DNA of 64,000 nt from Candidatus Aminicenantales bacterium. Lineage in GTDB: Bacteria; Acidobacteriota; Aminicenantia; Aminicenantales; Saccharicenantaceae. The stretch is taken from positions 1 to 64,000 of the forward strand of contig JBEKXF010000017.1 in NCBI GenBank assembly GCA_049512315.1. Direction: 5' to 3'. Below the pieces are notes generated by a model. It saw only the letters and a program-made list of their open reading frames with translations, had not been told where the DNA came from and ran no database searches. Below, piece after piece: positions 1-9,300 of this stretch. A program made the position numbers and the translations under genes. How positions within the stretch are numbered: position 1 is the stretch's first letter; each line of letters begins with the position of its first letter.

Positions 1-132
1 CTTGGAATTCAGGTCCTCGGTGAAGGTCTTGTCGATCTCCTCGAAGAGCAGGAAGCCCTGCTTCCGCCCCTTGGAGATGAGATTGGAGATTTCGTCCTTG
101 TGGACCTTGATGTCAGGAGACAGGCTGCGCAC
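1..132 (-). CDS. rpoD: Primary sigma-70 factor, N-terminal region 1.1 (partial, runs off the window)
   Basis: Minus-strand translation VRSLSPDIKVHKDEISNLISKGRKQGFLLFEEIDKTFTEDLNSK resembles sigma70 region 1.1 (LI.KGK.QG.LT.EEI). Not in the ORF track; start codon uncertain. Confidence 0.7.
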   Translation of the reverse strand, partial: MRSLSPDIKVHKDEISNLISKGRKQGFLLFEEIDKTFTEDLNSK

Positions 133-444
133 CTCTTTCGACGGGGTATCGGTTTTGACGCACTCTCATGAGAATTCTTCCCTTCCTAGGTCAGCGACAG
201 GATCTGCTTGGTGATGTCCTGCTTCTGGTAGAAGAGGGCTAAAACCTGCCTTTGATTAATGTACCACCTCTGACGTAAGGTTTTCAAGCTTGGGGTTGGT
301 GCCCCATATCTCACAAAGTTGCCCAGGAGCTATGTGCTTCAGGATATAAACGGAAGTAGAATATTATTGGAGGTCTACAATGGGCGTCATGAAAAACAAG
401 AAGAAGCTGTTTAGGGCTCCTGACTTCCGTAGACCTCGGATAAC

Positions 445-1161
445 ATGAAGAACTATGAGCGCCTGGGCCGGGTTTATGACCTCGGCTGGGGTGATTTCGC
501 CCGGCAATATCTGAACCTGATCAACTGGCTGCTCCGTGAACAAGGCATCCGCCAGGCCCGGATTCTGGATATTGCCTGCGGGACGCGCATCCTGGCCATC
601 GCCCTGGCCAAAAGAGGACATCATGTTCACGGCGTCGATGTCTCGCCGAGGATGATTGCCGTCGCCGAGTCAAAATCGGCCGGGATGGCGAATATCTCTT
701 TTGAGGTCCAGGATATGAAGAGGTTTAGGGCCATCGGCTCCTATGACCTCGTGACATGCACGTTCGACGCCCTGAATTATGTCCTTAGAGAGGACACCCT
801 GAAAGGTCTGTTCGACCGTGTCGCCTCGGCGCTTGGGAGATCCGGCCTGTTCGTTTTTGACTCCAATGCGACTCACCATTTCGTCAGCCGGGAGGACGGC
901 TCGCTGAGTCAGACGCTGCGTGGGCTGTCATTCGTCTAGCGCTGGCGTTACGATCCGGCCAGGGCGGCGGCGACAATAACCTTCAGGTTTGCCGACGGAG
1001 CGACCGAAATCCATCGGCAACGCCCGTATGATCTGCCGGAACTCCGTCGGCTTCTTGCCGCCGCGGGTCTTCGTGTCGTCCATGCCTGGTCCGGGTTCGA
1101 TAGAAATCCGTTCACGGCCAAGAGCGACAGATTCTTCTGCGTTGCCCAGAAAGCCGGGTAG
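445..1161 (+). pseudogene. Class I SAM-dependent methyltransferase with an internal in-frame TAG at 937-939
   Basis: Motif I ILDIACGT, then GVDVSPRMI and YDLVTCTFDALNY. The frame continues past the TAG as RWRYD...EIHRQRPYDLPELRRLLAAAGLRVV...RFFCVAQKAG*, the typical C-terminus of this family. Confidence 0.75.
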
Positions 1162-1361
1162 TTGAATTTATCGACCCGGGTTCGATCCCGTTTTTACATC
1201 CTTGACCCGTGAGGCCGGGCAGGAACCGGGCGCTCCCCAGGCAAACTCGGGACGCTTATGCGGATATTGGCCTCATTGGGATAGACGCCGGAAGACCGCA
1301 AGATTCTCCGTTTGACAAGATATCGTATGCTGGCATAACCTTATAAGGGGTAAATAAAATA

Positions 1362-1604
1362 ATGGCCGCATTAGAAAGTGAATTTGATTTCTTCTTGAAA
1401 CACCAGAAAGAGCTGGTCGATAAATATCGCGGGAAATACATCGTCATAAAGAACAAGAAAATCCTGGGTGCATATTCTGACATTTCTTCGGCAATTTCCG
1501 AGACGTCAAAGACAGAAGAACCGGGGACTTTTTTAGTTCAAAAATGTGAACCCGGGAAAGCAGTCTTCACCCAGTTTTTCCATTCCCGCGTTAAAGTCGC
1601 ATGA
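1362..1604 (+). CDS. DUF5678-like small protein
   Basis: 80 aa, LESEFDFF..HQKELVDKYRGKYIVIKNKKILG; stop overlaps the next start (ATGA). Confidence 0.7.
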   Translation: MAALESEFDFFLKHQKELVDKYRGKYIVIKNKKILGAYSDISSAISETSKTEEPGTFLVQKCEPGKAVFTQFFHSRVKVA

Positions 1605-2119
1605 CTCCGTTTAATATCAAATCATTTAAGGTCGAGGCGAGCGGAATCGCCAATGTTTTAATCAGCAAAGTCCATATTTCTCCGCCAAGACAATCTGCTC
1701 CAAACGCAGAGCTTGAACTTGGACCTGACTGCAAAGAATTCGAAGCAATTTGGGATACCGGCGCGTCGGGAACAGTCATAACTGAAAAAGTCCTAAAGGA
1801 GTGTGGGTTAAAACCGACCGGAGTTGTCGAGGTGCATACGGCCAAGGGCAAAATGAAAAGCGATACTTATTTTGTGGACGTATGGCTTCCCAATCATGTT
1901 ACTGTTTCTAATGCAACTGTTACGTTGGGAGAACTAACTGACAACAAAGATGTGCTTATTGGGATGAACATCATAAACGCAGGGGATTTTGCCGTTTCGA
2001 ACTTCCAAGGCAAAACCGTTTTTACTTTTCGTTTTCCTTCTGTCGAGCGCATAGATTTTGTAGCAAAGCCGTTCAAGGTTAGGCCAGCGCTTAGTTTCCC
2101 GAAGAGAAGGAAGAGATAG
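1601..2119 (+). CDS. Retropepsin-like (clan AA) aspartyl protease
   Basis: Catalytic AIWDTGA and C-terminal DVLIGMNII motifs. Confidence 0.85.
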   Translation: MTPFNIKSFKVEASGIANVLISKVHISPPRQSAPNAELELGPDCKEFEAIWDTGASGTVITEKVLKECGLKPTGVVEVHTAKGKMKSDTYFVDVWLPNHVTVSNATVTLGELTDNKDVLIGMNIINAGDFAVSNFQGKTVFTFRFPSVERIDFVAKPFKVRPALSFPKRRKR

Positions 2120-2425
2120 CCCGGCAACACTTTATCTGCAAGGTCTACATCCTATCTACAGCCGGAGGCACTTTTGTGAGCCGAAAGTGCCTGTAGAAAC
2201 ACAGACGTGCCGGCAGAAGGCCCCTCTCGCGCCCTCCAGCGCATTTTCTGCCCTTCCTTCAGCACCTGTGCCCAGGTCTGAACCCTCTGAAGGCTTCTAA
2301 GGACCAAGAATAACCGTGGCCGCCGGCCCGGATCACTGGAAAAAACAAAATCCATCTCGACCGCCGCTTCATCCACCCCAGGCCGGAGCGGAAAGAGGAC
2401 TAAGCCGGCCGGGACCGCCGGACGA

Positions 2426-2456
2426 AAAGCCCCGCTGCTCAGGCGGGGCTTTTTTA
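2426..2456 (+). terminator. Intrinsic terminator (possibly bidirectional)
   Basis: AAAAGCCCCGC-TGCTCAG-GCGGGGCTTTTTT. Confidence 0.7.
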
Positions 2457-2460
2457 TGTA

Positions 2461-2493
2461 TATTTTCAGTTAAATTTAAGGGGGGGCAGGTCA
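2461..2493. mobile_element. Solo IS3-family (IS407-group-like) terminal repeat
   Basis: Ends in GGGGGGCAGGTCA (TGACCTGCCCCC on the minus strand). The same end recurs at 3073 and 9735. Confidence 0.45.
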
Positions 2494-2563
2494 TCCCCTC
2501 GCAGAGAAGGACAAAGTCCCGTCCTGGAAGAAAAACAAATCTCTCGACGTGGACCGGAGAAGG

Positions 2564-2875
2564 ATGTATGATTCTCTGTGGAAGAAGAAAGCAATGCCGG
2601 ACAAGTCCCTGACTAATGAGGAATGGGTTTTGAAGCAGCGCCGCCTTCTCTACGAAGCGCCGGGTCTGCTGGAAAACCGGACACCCGAAAAACGCCTGGA
2701 GAACCGGGAACTTGTGATGTTGGACGTTATATGCTGTCTCGCAGGGCGGAATGATGCTCTGACGCGATCTCCTATAGCCACGAAACACATGGATGCACTG
2801 CTCGCTCCTTTTTTCGTCTATTGGCAGCACATAAACGATATACTGCCAGGTCCTCCTGAGGGCAAAAAGAAATAG
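2564..2875 (+). CDS. Hypothetical protein
   Basis: Open frame of ~103 aa with GGAG upstream; no recognisable family. Confidence 0.4.
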   Translation: MYDSLWKKKAMPDKSLTNEEWVLKQRRLLYEAPGLLENRTPEKRLENRELVMLDVICCLAGRNDALTRSPIATKHMDALLAPFFVYWQHINDILPGPPEGKKK

Positions 2876-3044
2876 CGCTCGTCCGATAAATCCATTGTGG
2901 GGGTGGTGAGATGAGTATCCATAAAGTAGGAGTGTAAGGAAAACTGGGTAAACCCCTTGAACGAGTAAAATGAGTCAAGGAGGTTCCATTCGCTCTTGAC
3001 CGAGAAGAACTGAAAAAGCTCCTCTCCTAGCTTCTTCTTATTAT

Positions 3045-3073
3045 ACCTGGACCGATTTTAGGGGGGCAGGTCA
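3045..3073. mobile_element. Solo IS3-family right-end remnant
   Basis: ACCTGGACCGATTTTTAGGGGGGCAGGTCA; no transposase nearby. Confidence 0.5.
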
Positions 3074-3305
3074 GTTCGATCTCCGCGTTTTTGCTCCGGC
3101 AATCTTCATCCTGAGGGCCAAAACGGCTCGAGGTAAATCAAATATGAGTTAGCGGCCTTACACTCTGAGGCCTTGACAAATCGCAACCTCGGCTTGATAT
3201 TGATGCCAGGCACCAGGCATGGAAGACTCACCACGCCAAGAAAGAACGCTCCTTTGAGGGGTAATATTTTTTCTGGCGTGTGAAACATGATTAAGGAGGG
3301 ATTTC

Positions 3306-3941
3306 ATGATTCTGAAGACACTCGATTCGGCGTCTGGTCGCAGGCAATTCCTCCTGAATGTTCTGCCGGCAGGGACGCTCCTCTGCCTAGGGGGCGGCCA
3401 TTTATTGGCCATAACAAACGGGCAGGATAAGCCAAAGCCCGCCGAAAAGAAACACAAGTTTCTGGAAGATTCGGGGATGTCGATGCAGGAAGTTTTCGAA
3501 TTTGCTTATAAAGACTACTACATTCCTCTGCTCAGGAGTCTTGCCCCTTATTTCAAAAACGGCGATTTCATAGAAATCCTGAAACGGGCCGCAGACGATC
3601 AGGCAGCGAAGTCAGGGCAAGCCGAGGCAAAGACGCTCTCAAAGAATGACTTCGCGACCTTTAAGGCTATGATTACTAAACCTCCCGAAGGCTTTGAGAA
3701 GCAGGTATTAACGGTGAGCACTGTCGAAGTCACGGACAGGGCCATAGAAAGCAAAGTCACGGAATGCCTCTGGGCGAAGACTTTCCGCAAAGCCAATGCG
3801 TCGGATATCGGCTATGCTAGGATTTGTTACCCAGATTTTGCCTCCGCCCGGGCTTACAGCCCCAAGCTCAAGCTGATCCGCACCAAGACTCTGATGCAGG
3901 GCGATGATTGCTGCAATCACCGCTGGGTTTGGGAAGGATAG
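3306..3941 (+). CDS. L-2-amino-thiazoline-4-carboxylate hydrolase-like protein with a Tat-like leader
   Basis: VTECLWAKTF, IC..D and RTKTLMQGDDCCNHR motifs; RRQFL leader; AGGAGG RBS. Confidence 0.75.
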   Translation: MILKTLDSASGRRQFLLNVLPAGTLLCLGGGHLLAITNGQDKPKPAEKKHKFLEDSGMSMQEVFEFAYKDYYIPLLRSLAPYFKNGDFIEILKRAADDQAAKSGQAEAKTLSKNDFATFKAMITKPPEGFEKQVLTVSTVEVTDRAIESKVTECLWAKTFRKANASDIGYARICYPDFASARAYSPKLKLIRTKTLMQGDDCCNHRWVWEG

Positions 3942-3990
3942 CCAGTTGCTCTTCCGCGTCCTTCGGCTATAATAGGGGCCCAAAGATGCT

Positions 3991-4077
3991 TTTGAGCAAT
4001 CTTTGCACAATTTTCCGGCCAGCCCCTCCCCCGCTCAAGGGGAGGGTCAGGTAACTCATGCAGGATCAATCAATTGA
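3991..4077 (+). pseudogene. 3'-terminal relic of a sister tyrosine integrase gene
   Basis: Translates FEQSLHNFPASPSPAQGEGQVTHAGSIN*, versus FAQSLLNSQPGLSPTSGERQVSQAGSVN* for the integrase ending at 49485 (15/28 identical). Both stops lie 8 nt before the tRNA-Sec 5' end. Confidence 0.8.
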
Positions 4078-4082
4078 GTAGC

Positions 4083-4124
4083 AACGGGAGGGTCAAGGTC
4101 CCGGTGGGCCTTCCGGTCTTCAAA
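4083..4124 (+). repeat. attL: duplicated 5' half of tRNA-Sec
   Basis: 42-bp direct repeat of 49491-49532 with one mismatch, ending at the anticodon loop CTTCAAA. Confidence 0.9.
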
Positions 4125-4241
4125 AACGATCCCGGCGGAAATTGGCATCGGTGGATTCTCCCCTGTTGGACTGCATCCGGCTTCTTTTTCTTGCATTTAC
4201 CGATCTTGATGGTTTGATCACGTTTAGGCTAGACTGAGCTA

Positions 4242-4275
4242 TTTTGAGCAAGAGTTTGTACAATCTCTGCTCAAT
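4242..4275. repeat. Candidate integrase arm-binding sites
   Basis: Tandem TTGAGCAA / TTGTACAA / CTGCTCAA. CAATCTCTGCTCAATT is shared with 49405-49420, and a similar tandem occurs at 3991-4012. Confidence 0.55.
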
Positions 4276-4372
4276 TTTTTGAGGGTACGCAGGTCACTAT
4301 CTCTGCGAGGTCAACATCCGTTCAGCATCCCGCGCTAGCCAGGGGTCAGCCCCGGGCCTGGATCTAGTCTTC

Positions 4373-4401
4373 TTGACACAAGCAAAATGAGGGCCTATTA
4401 T
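4373..4401 (+). promoter_or_regulatory. Sigma-70 promoter for the three-gene operon
   Basis: TTGACA-N17-TATTAT. Confidence 0.65.
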
Positions 4402-4521
4402 CATTTTAAAAGAGCCGAAAATGGCTTAAAACCAAGATGTTAGCAGGCTAAAAATAATCCAAAAATTTCCTCTTACACGTGGCATCATCGTGAGACCAAC
4501 TAATTTGGAGGGTGATACATT

Positions 4522-5259
4522 ATGATAGATGTTAAATTAAAATACCAAGCATCATTATTTCTAGATGCCAAGGATATTACTCCAAATACAGAGACTGTGC
4601 TTACTCTTTTGGGGCAACTCAAGGAACATGGTTTCATTTCTGGCACATTTCAAGAGATTATGCCTCCAATCCTTCATCCTCAACCGCGGTTGCGATTGAT
4701 GAGTCAAAACGAAGAATGGAATATAGGTATTGCTTCTCAGAAGATCGATATAGAAAAAATACCTATTGATCTAAAAGGTGATAACCTTGGAGAACTTGAT
4801 GTTTATTGTTCAGAAGCCATGTCCTTTTTCGCAAAAATATACGAAAAATATCCGAAAAAAGCTCACCGGCTTGCTCTTGTAACAACCTACTTATTGGGCG
4901 AAATGCCTGAGCATAAACTTTCTGATATCAATGAAATTCTGTTTAATCAACCTTCGTTTTATAAAGAGAACCCTCCGTTTGATTGGGATTGGAAATCAAC
5001 AGCACGAATTGAAAAGCAGTTCGCCAAATTAAATGAACCTCTTAATATTGCATGCATCCTGCAACGCAGAAAAGGTGATTTTCAAGTAAAGGACCAATCC
5101 ATGTCGTTTGACAGAATTCTCATGACATTGGATATAAACACCGTATCTACTACCTCCGAATGCAGGTTTGAGTTTCCCCACGTTAAGGCTTTCTATGATA
5201 TGGCCCAAGTGATGCACTCTGATTTGTTAAGATCTATCGCGGAGTTCATTAGTGTTTAA
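4522..5259 (+). CDS. Hypothetical protein, TIGR04255-like
   Basis: 245 aa, AT-rich, with RLALV and LDINT motifs recalled from this family; GGAGG RBS. Confidence 0.55.
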   Translation: MIDVKLKYQASLFLDAKDITPNTETVLTLLGQLKEHGFISGTFQEIMPPILHPQPRLRLMSQNEEWNIGIASQKIDIEKIPIDLKGDNLGELDVYCSEAMSFFAKIYEKYPKKAHRLALVTTYLLGEMPEHKLSDINEILFNQPSFYKENPPFDWDWKSTARIEKQFAKLNEPLNIACILQRRKGDFQVKDQSMSFDRILMTLDINTVSTTSECRFEFPHVKAFYDMAQVMHSDLLRSIAEFISV

Positions 5260-6226
5260 GTTTATTAGAGACCTATTAAAACGGGCTAAAAAAGAAGGCC
5301 CCGTTAAGGAAAGCCAGGCAACTACTGATTCCCAGCCAGCAGTGCCAACTTCAGGCAGTTCTATAGATTTCTTGGAGAATATCTACTCTGATGTCCCAGG
5401 ACACGTTGCCGTTGTGTCATATCCTATTACGGCACCCGATATTATTAGTTCCCTTCGGAGGCCATTAGATGAATTGGGTGGAATTTCTCCCGCCAATACA
5501 GAATATGTTGGATATCCAAGTTACATTGGACAACAAGCTATTTGGCCAAGTATTTTAGCTGAGTCTACTGTCAATTGGTGGAATACTGTACCAAACGCAA
5601 TATCTGTCAAAAGCCCTATTTGGCCAAGTATCTTAGCTGAATCTAGTATTGATTGGTGGAGTAACGCACCTAACATAGTATCTCTCAAAAGCCCTTTTTT
5701 ATATGGGAATTACGAGAGTATTGTTCCTTCAGTAATAGAACAGATTAGTCTATATGAAAACAAATTTGAGAATTATAAGAAAGAATTTATCAATGAACTT
5801 CTTTATTTATTTGAAACAGAAATATTTGAATATGGTGTCGATAATAAAGCAGATACGTTTGTAGCAGAATGGCTAACTACGAACCCCAGTTTGACCAAAG
5901 AATGGTTAAATTCGCTTTACAATGACTATTTTTCTAACGCGTCAGTGTTGACAAAAATCCTGAGAATAATTTGCCGAATTGAATATCAGGTGATATCTCC
6001 TCAAGGGCCTACAATGGCTGCACTAGTTCTGAATCACAAAAACGCCGAAGTCCAAGAAGCGGCCATTAGGGCATTTGAGAGTTGGGGTTCATTAGAAAGC
6101 CTCAAGTATTTATCAATACTCAGATCAGAGCTTAAGTTCGCAGACAAATGGGTTAGAGATTATGTTGATGAAGTTATTTTTTACTTAAAAGAGGATTTAA
6201 ATGTCGCTCCTTCTCCGGAAGATTGA
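5252..6226 (+). CDS. Hypothetical protein: low-complexity repeat N-terminal half plus HEAT-like helical C-terminal domain
   Basis: Overlaps the upstream stop. C-terminal HKNAEVQEAAIRAFESWG is HEAT-like; internal 26-aa duplication. Confidence 0.6.
   Translation: MFKFIRDLLKRAKKEGPVKESQATTDSQPAVPTSGSSIDFLENIYSDVPGHVAVVSYPITAPDIISSLRRPLDELGGISPANTEYVGYPSYIGQQAIWPSILAESTVNWWNTVPNAISVKSPIWPSILAESSIDWWSNAPNIVSLKSPFLYGNYESIVPSVIEQISLYENKFENYKKEFINELLYLFETEIFEYGVDNKADTFVAEWLTTNPSLTKEWLNSLYNDYFSNASVLTKILRIICRIEYQVISPQGPTMAALVLNHKNAEVQEAAIRAFESWGSLESLKYLSILRSELKFADKWVRDYVDEVIFYLKEDLNVAPSPED
5539..5694 (+). repeat. 78-bp tandem duplication (2 x 26 aa)
   Basis: IWPSILAESTVNWWNTVPNAISVKSP / IWPSILAESSIDWWSNAPNIVSLKSP. 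Confidence 0.85.
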
Positions 6227-6719
6227 CATTGGGAAATGGAGACAAAGAGAATTTATCGACAATGATGAAATATCAGCAGATGCAATTACCCTCTGCCTAA
6301 AAACATCTGGCAATACCATATCAGTTTGGAAAATTGAATCCGAAGATTATATTGATGAGGCGGTTCTTGCGTTTATTTCAAGAGCAGACCATCTTGAAGC
6401 AGCTTTCTTCGTTTTGTTAAGTGAAGAACACCTAAATAATAATAAAATAAGCATTGAACAGCGTGATGATGAAACGCCCTATAAGGCACAAATTAAGAAC
6501 CACATGGTTTTAACCCAGTTGTCATATAAGACGCTTGGAGTCATTGCTCACTACATACTAAATGAGGTAAAGAACGATAAGATAAAGAGCTATGCTGAAG
6601 GACGTTTAAAAAGGATGTTTGCCAAGGCAATATCGAGTGGAAAAATCGATATGGCAGATCTTAAGGATGATATTAAAAAGAAGATACTGAGATTTAACGA
6701 GAATCAACGCCAAACTTGA
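6201..6719 (+). CDS. Hypothetical protein, candidate ADP-ribosyltransferase-fold toxin
   Basis: N-terminal LLRKI..KW, then ADAIT..LKTSGNTISVW and a later TP..NH motif. Overlaps the upstream gene. Confidence 0.55.
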   Translation: MSLLLRKIDIGKWRQREFIDNDEISADAITLCLKTSGNTISVWKIESEDYIDEAVLAFISRADHLEAAFFVLLSEEHLNNNKISIEQRDDETPYKAQIKNHMVLTQLSYKTLGVIAHYILNEVKNDKIKSYAEGRLKRMFAKAISSGKIDMADLKDDIKKKILRFNENQRQT

Positions 6720-7113
6720 AATAGAGTTAGGTCTGACTATAAAGAGATTTGTGGGACTGCTACTATAAAATATCCCCGAAGATCTCTTCCATCTTCCTGC
6801 TCGTAACCTTGAACTGGACCTGCACAAAGCAGCGCTCGGAGACGAGCTCACCCGCTTATGCCTGAGTCACGTCTTCCTGCGGGGCGGCTAGAGGTAGATG
6901 TACCGGTCGGATTTCCCCCCTCGAGGGAGGGGTACTAAGGGAGGCCGGTGGGGGCTAGTGGCCAACCCCCGTTTGTGAGCGGGACGGCGTGACGCCGGAA
7001 TAAGGCCTTACCCATAACAGAAGCAGGCAAGCCCTGAAATTCTTACGTGCGAGATCTTCTCCAGAGCCGTGACCTTCCCTGCCCTCCCCTTCTGTGGCCT
7101 ACTCCCCGACGGC

Positions 7114-7520
7114 ATGCTGAAACCACCCCTCCCCACCCTTCTCCTGCTCCTCCCGGCCACTCCCCTCCTGGCCGGTGAGACCTACACTGGCAGGTGTGTC
7201 GGCGTCCATGACGGCGACACCATCTCTGTGCTGAAAGCCAGCAGGGCTGTGAAGATTCGGCTGGAAGGCATCGACTGCCCCGAGCTGGGCCAGGACTTTG
7301 GCACCAGGGCCAAGCAGTTCACCTCAACACTTGTTTTCGCCAAGGACGTGCAGGTCAAGGAGTACTACGCGGACAGGTATGGCCGGATGGTTGCCAGGAT
7401 CTACGTTGAGGGCAGAGATTCGTCCCTGGAGCTTTTAAGGGCAGGGCTAGCGTGGCACTTCAAGAAGTACTCATCAGATCCTGTGCTAGCAGAGGCCGAG
7501 GTGGAGGCAAGGAAGGCGAA
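7114..7520 (+). pseudogene. Thermonuclease (SNase), C-terminally truncated
   Basis: VHDGDTI, IRLEGIDCPE, DRYGR and AGLAW motifs. Homology stops at EARKA, where it abuts a convergent gene. Confidence 0.75.
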
Positions 7521-7747
7521 TCCAATATTGTTATACATGAATCGGGTATGTCATACAGAATGCCTTCAACAAGGCCCTTCTCATCCCCAATTATATTCGC
7601 ATAGCCTTCTTTGGGATTCCTTTTCGCCAGTTTATTGAATTCAAGTCTGAAGCCACTTAGGTTTGCTCGTACCCTTTCAGACACTTCTATCTTCCTTTCG
7701 CTCATCCTGGCCGAGTTCATGTTGGAACCATAGGCAAAATATTTCAT
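7518..7747 (-). pseudogene. Gamma-glutamylcyclotransferase (AIG2-like), truncated
   Basis: MKYFAYGSNM and VEGILY motifs. Homology ends at ITILD, before the catalytic Glu region. Confidence 0.75.
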
Positions 7748-8091
7748 GAATCACCCTTACTATCACTCATACGTATCGTTAATTGATAATAAGCCATTCA
7801 GCCGTTGAAAAGAAGTTTTATGCAGGCGCGTCCGCCAATTATTCCGAGCCGAAGTGCATAAATCGTCCCCTCCTTAACGGCCTTGTCAAGTGTCTTCTAG
7901 ACCGTTGCCTAAGCTGCCAGTGGGCTTGAAAACTTAGCATTTTGGGACGTTGAGTCCTGAGGACGGCCGAAAGAAGATATTCCGTCCGACATCCAGCATA
8001 GACTCGTAACCTTGCTGCGGAGGCTGGAAAAAAGCGATTACCAATTCCCCGGTGGGCATCCGGGGGGCCTATGTCGACGGATTATGTCTGC

Positions 8092-8946
8092 CTAAGAGAG
8101 CTGAAATGGTCGCCATAATTTCAGGTAATCAGCCCTGAACCTCTCGAATTCTTCTATCAACGGATCGATTTCTCGTTCTGAGTTAGTTTTCTTACTGACA
8201 GCTTTAAGGAATTTAAGGGCGAGGAGAATCAAAAACGCTACTACGCGATACTTACCACTATGGTCAGGGTCAACACGCTCCATTAGGTAGTTGCCATGAA
8301 GTTGCTCCGACAGTTCAGAATATGATTTATACAAGAAATATCTCGGAATAATAGGAATGTCCTTCTCTTCATAATACTTAGAGAGTATCTCGCGAACGCC
8401 TGGAAATCTGTATGAGTCGACAATCTTTTTAATGTCTTTATTAAACCCCCTTCCCCAAAGTTTGGCTTGCACATATTTTTGAATTATTTCGATTGGAGGC
8501 ATCTCAGCGCCAATAGACTTTAAGATTTGATAATCTATCGCAACCGTACCTCTCACGGACGGGTCTTTGATAAAATCAAGACCTGATAAGCCGACTAGAT
8601 ATAGGTCTTGCCATATGATCTTTTTAGCAGCTTCATCGTCAGTAAAATTTGTGATGAACAGAACGCGAGAGTATATTTCTATGAGTCCTCGAAAGAGCGA
8701 TTCAAGTATATCAATATTGATATCTTCATACTTCATGCATGCCAGGAAGAACTCAATTCGTTGCTCAAAGAATAATGTCGAAAAGCTAAGATGGTTGAAT
8801 AATTTGACGCGTTTCCATGAGTCGGACTGGCCGGCCACTTCGATACTCCCGATAGTGCGCAGGTCCCCCCGAACCTTTTGGCACTCCTTCTGACACTTAT
8901 CTAGAAAGGATGTTGCAGTCTCAAAAGAGAGAAGTACGGTCCCCAT
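8092..8946 (-). CDS. Hypothetical protein, DUF5677/HEPN-like
   Basis: RGLIE and YSELSEQLHG motifs; AT-rich. Confidence 0.55.
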   Translation of the reverse strand: MGTVLLSFETATSFLDKCQKECQKVRGDLRTIGSIEVAGQSDSWKRVKLFNHLSFSTLFFEQRIEFFLACMKYEDINIDILESLFRGLIEIYSRVLFITNFTDDEAAKKIIWQDLYLVGLSGLDFIKDPSVRGTVAIDYQILKSIGAEMPPIEIIQKYVQAKLWGRGFNKDIKKIVDSYRFPGVREILSKYYEEKDIPIIPRYFLYKSYSELSEQLHGNYLMERVDPDHSGKYRVVAFLILLALKFLKAVSKKTNSEREIDPLIEEFERFRADYLKLWRPFQLS

Positions 8947-9300
8947 TAAGCTTCACTCAGGTTTCAGTATAACGCGAGTAGATTTCTTAATAAAGAATTG
9001 ACTGCTCGGTGTCAATTCAGGCAAACCCAACAATCTTTTTCCATTACCGACGAGACCTCTAACCCAAGGTCGTCCCTGGTCCCCGGCCAAATCCTGATAA
9101 TAATTGATTAACTTAGGGCCGCGCCGGACGGGCCCTAAACCGTTGTTTTTCCTGGAGAATAAGGGGGAATTGAATGGCGTGTCTTAATATACAAACTTCT
9201 AACCCACCTTAAGCACAATAGCCTGGAACGGCAGATCGAGCTGCTTCAACAGACTCAGGGCCGAGTCTTCCCTGCTGAGATATGATAGGGAAGACGACAA

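Noticed and set aside
1174..1192. CCGGGTTCGATCCCG as a tRNA or older att site
   Set aside because: An isolated T-loop-like hairpin with no cloverleaf and no match to the selC sequence.
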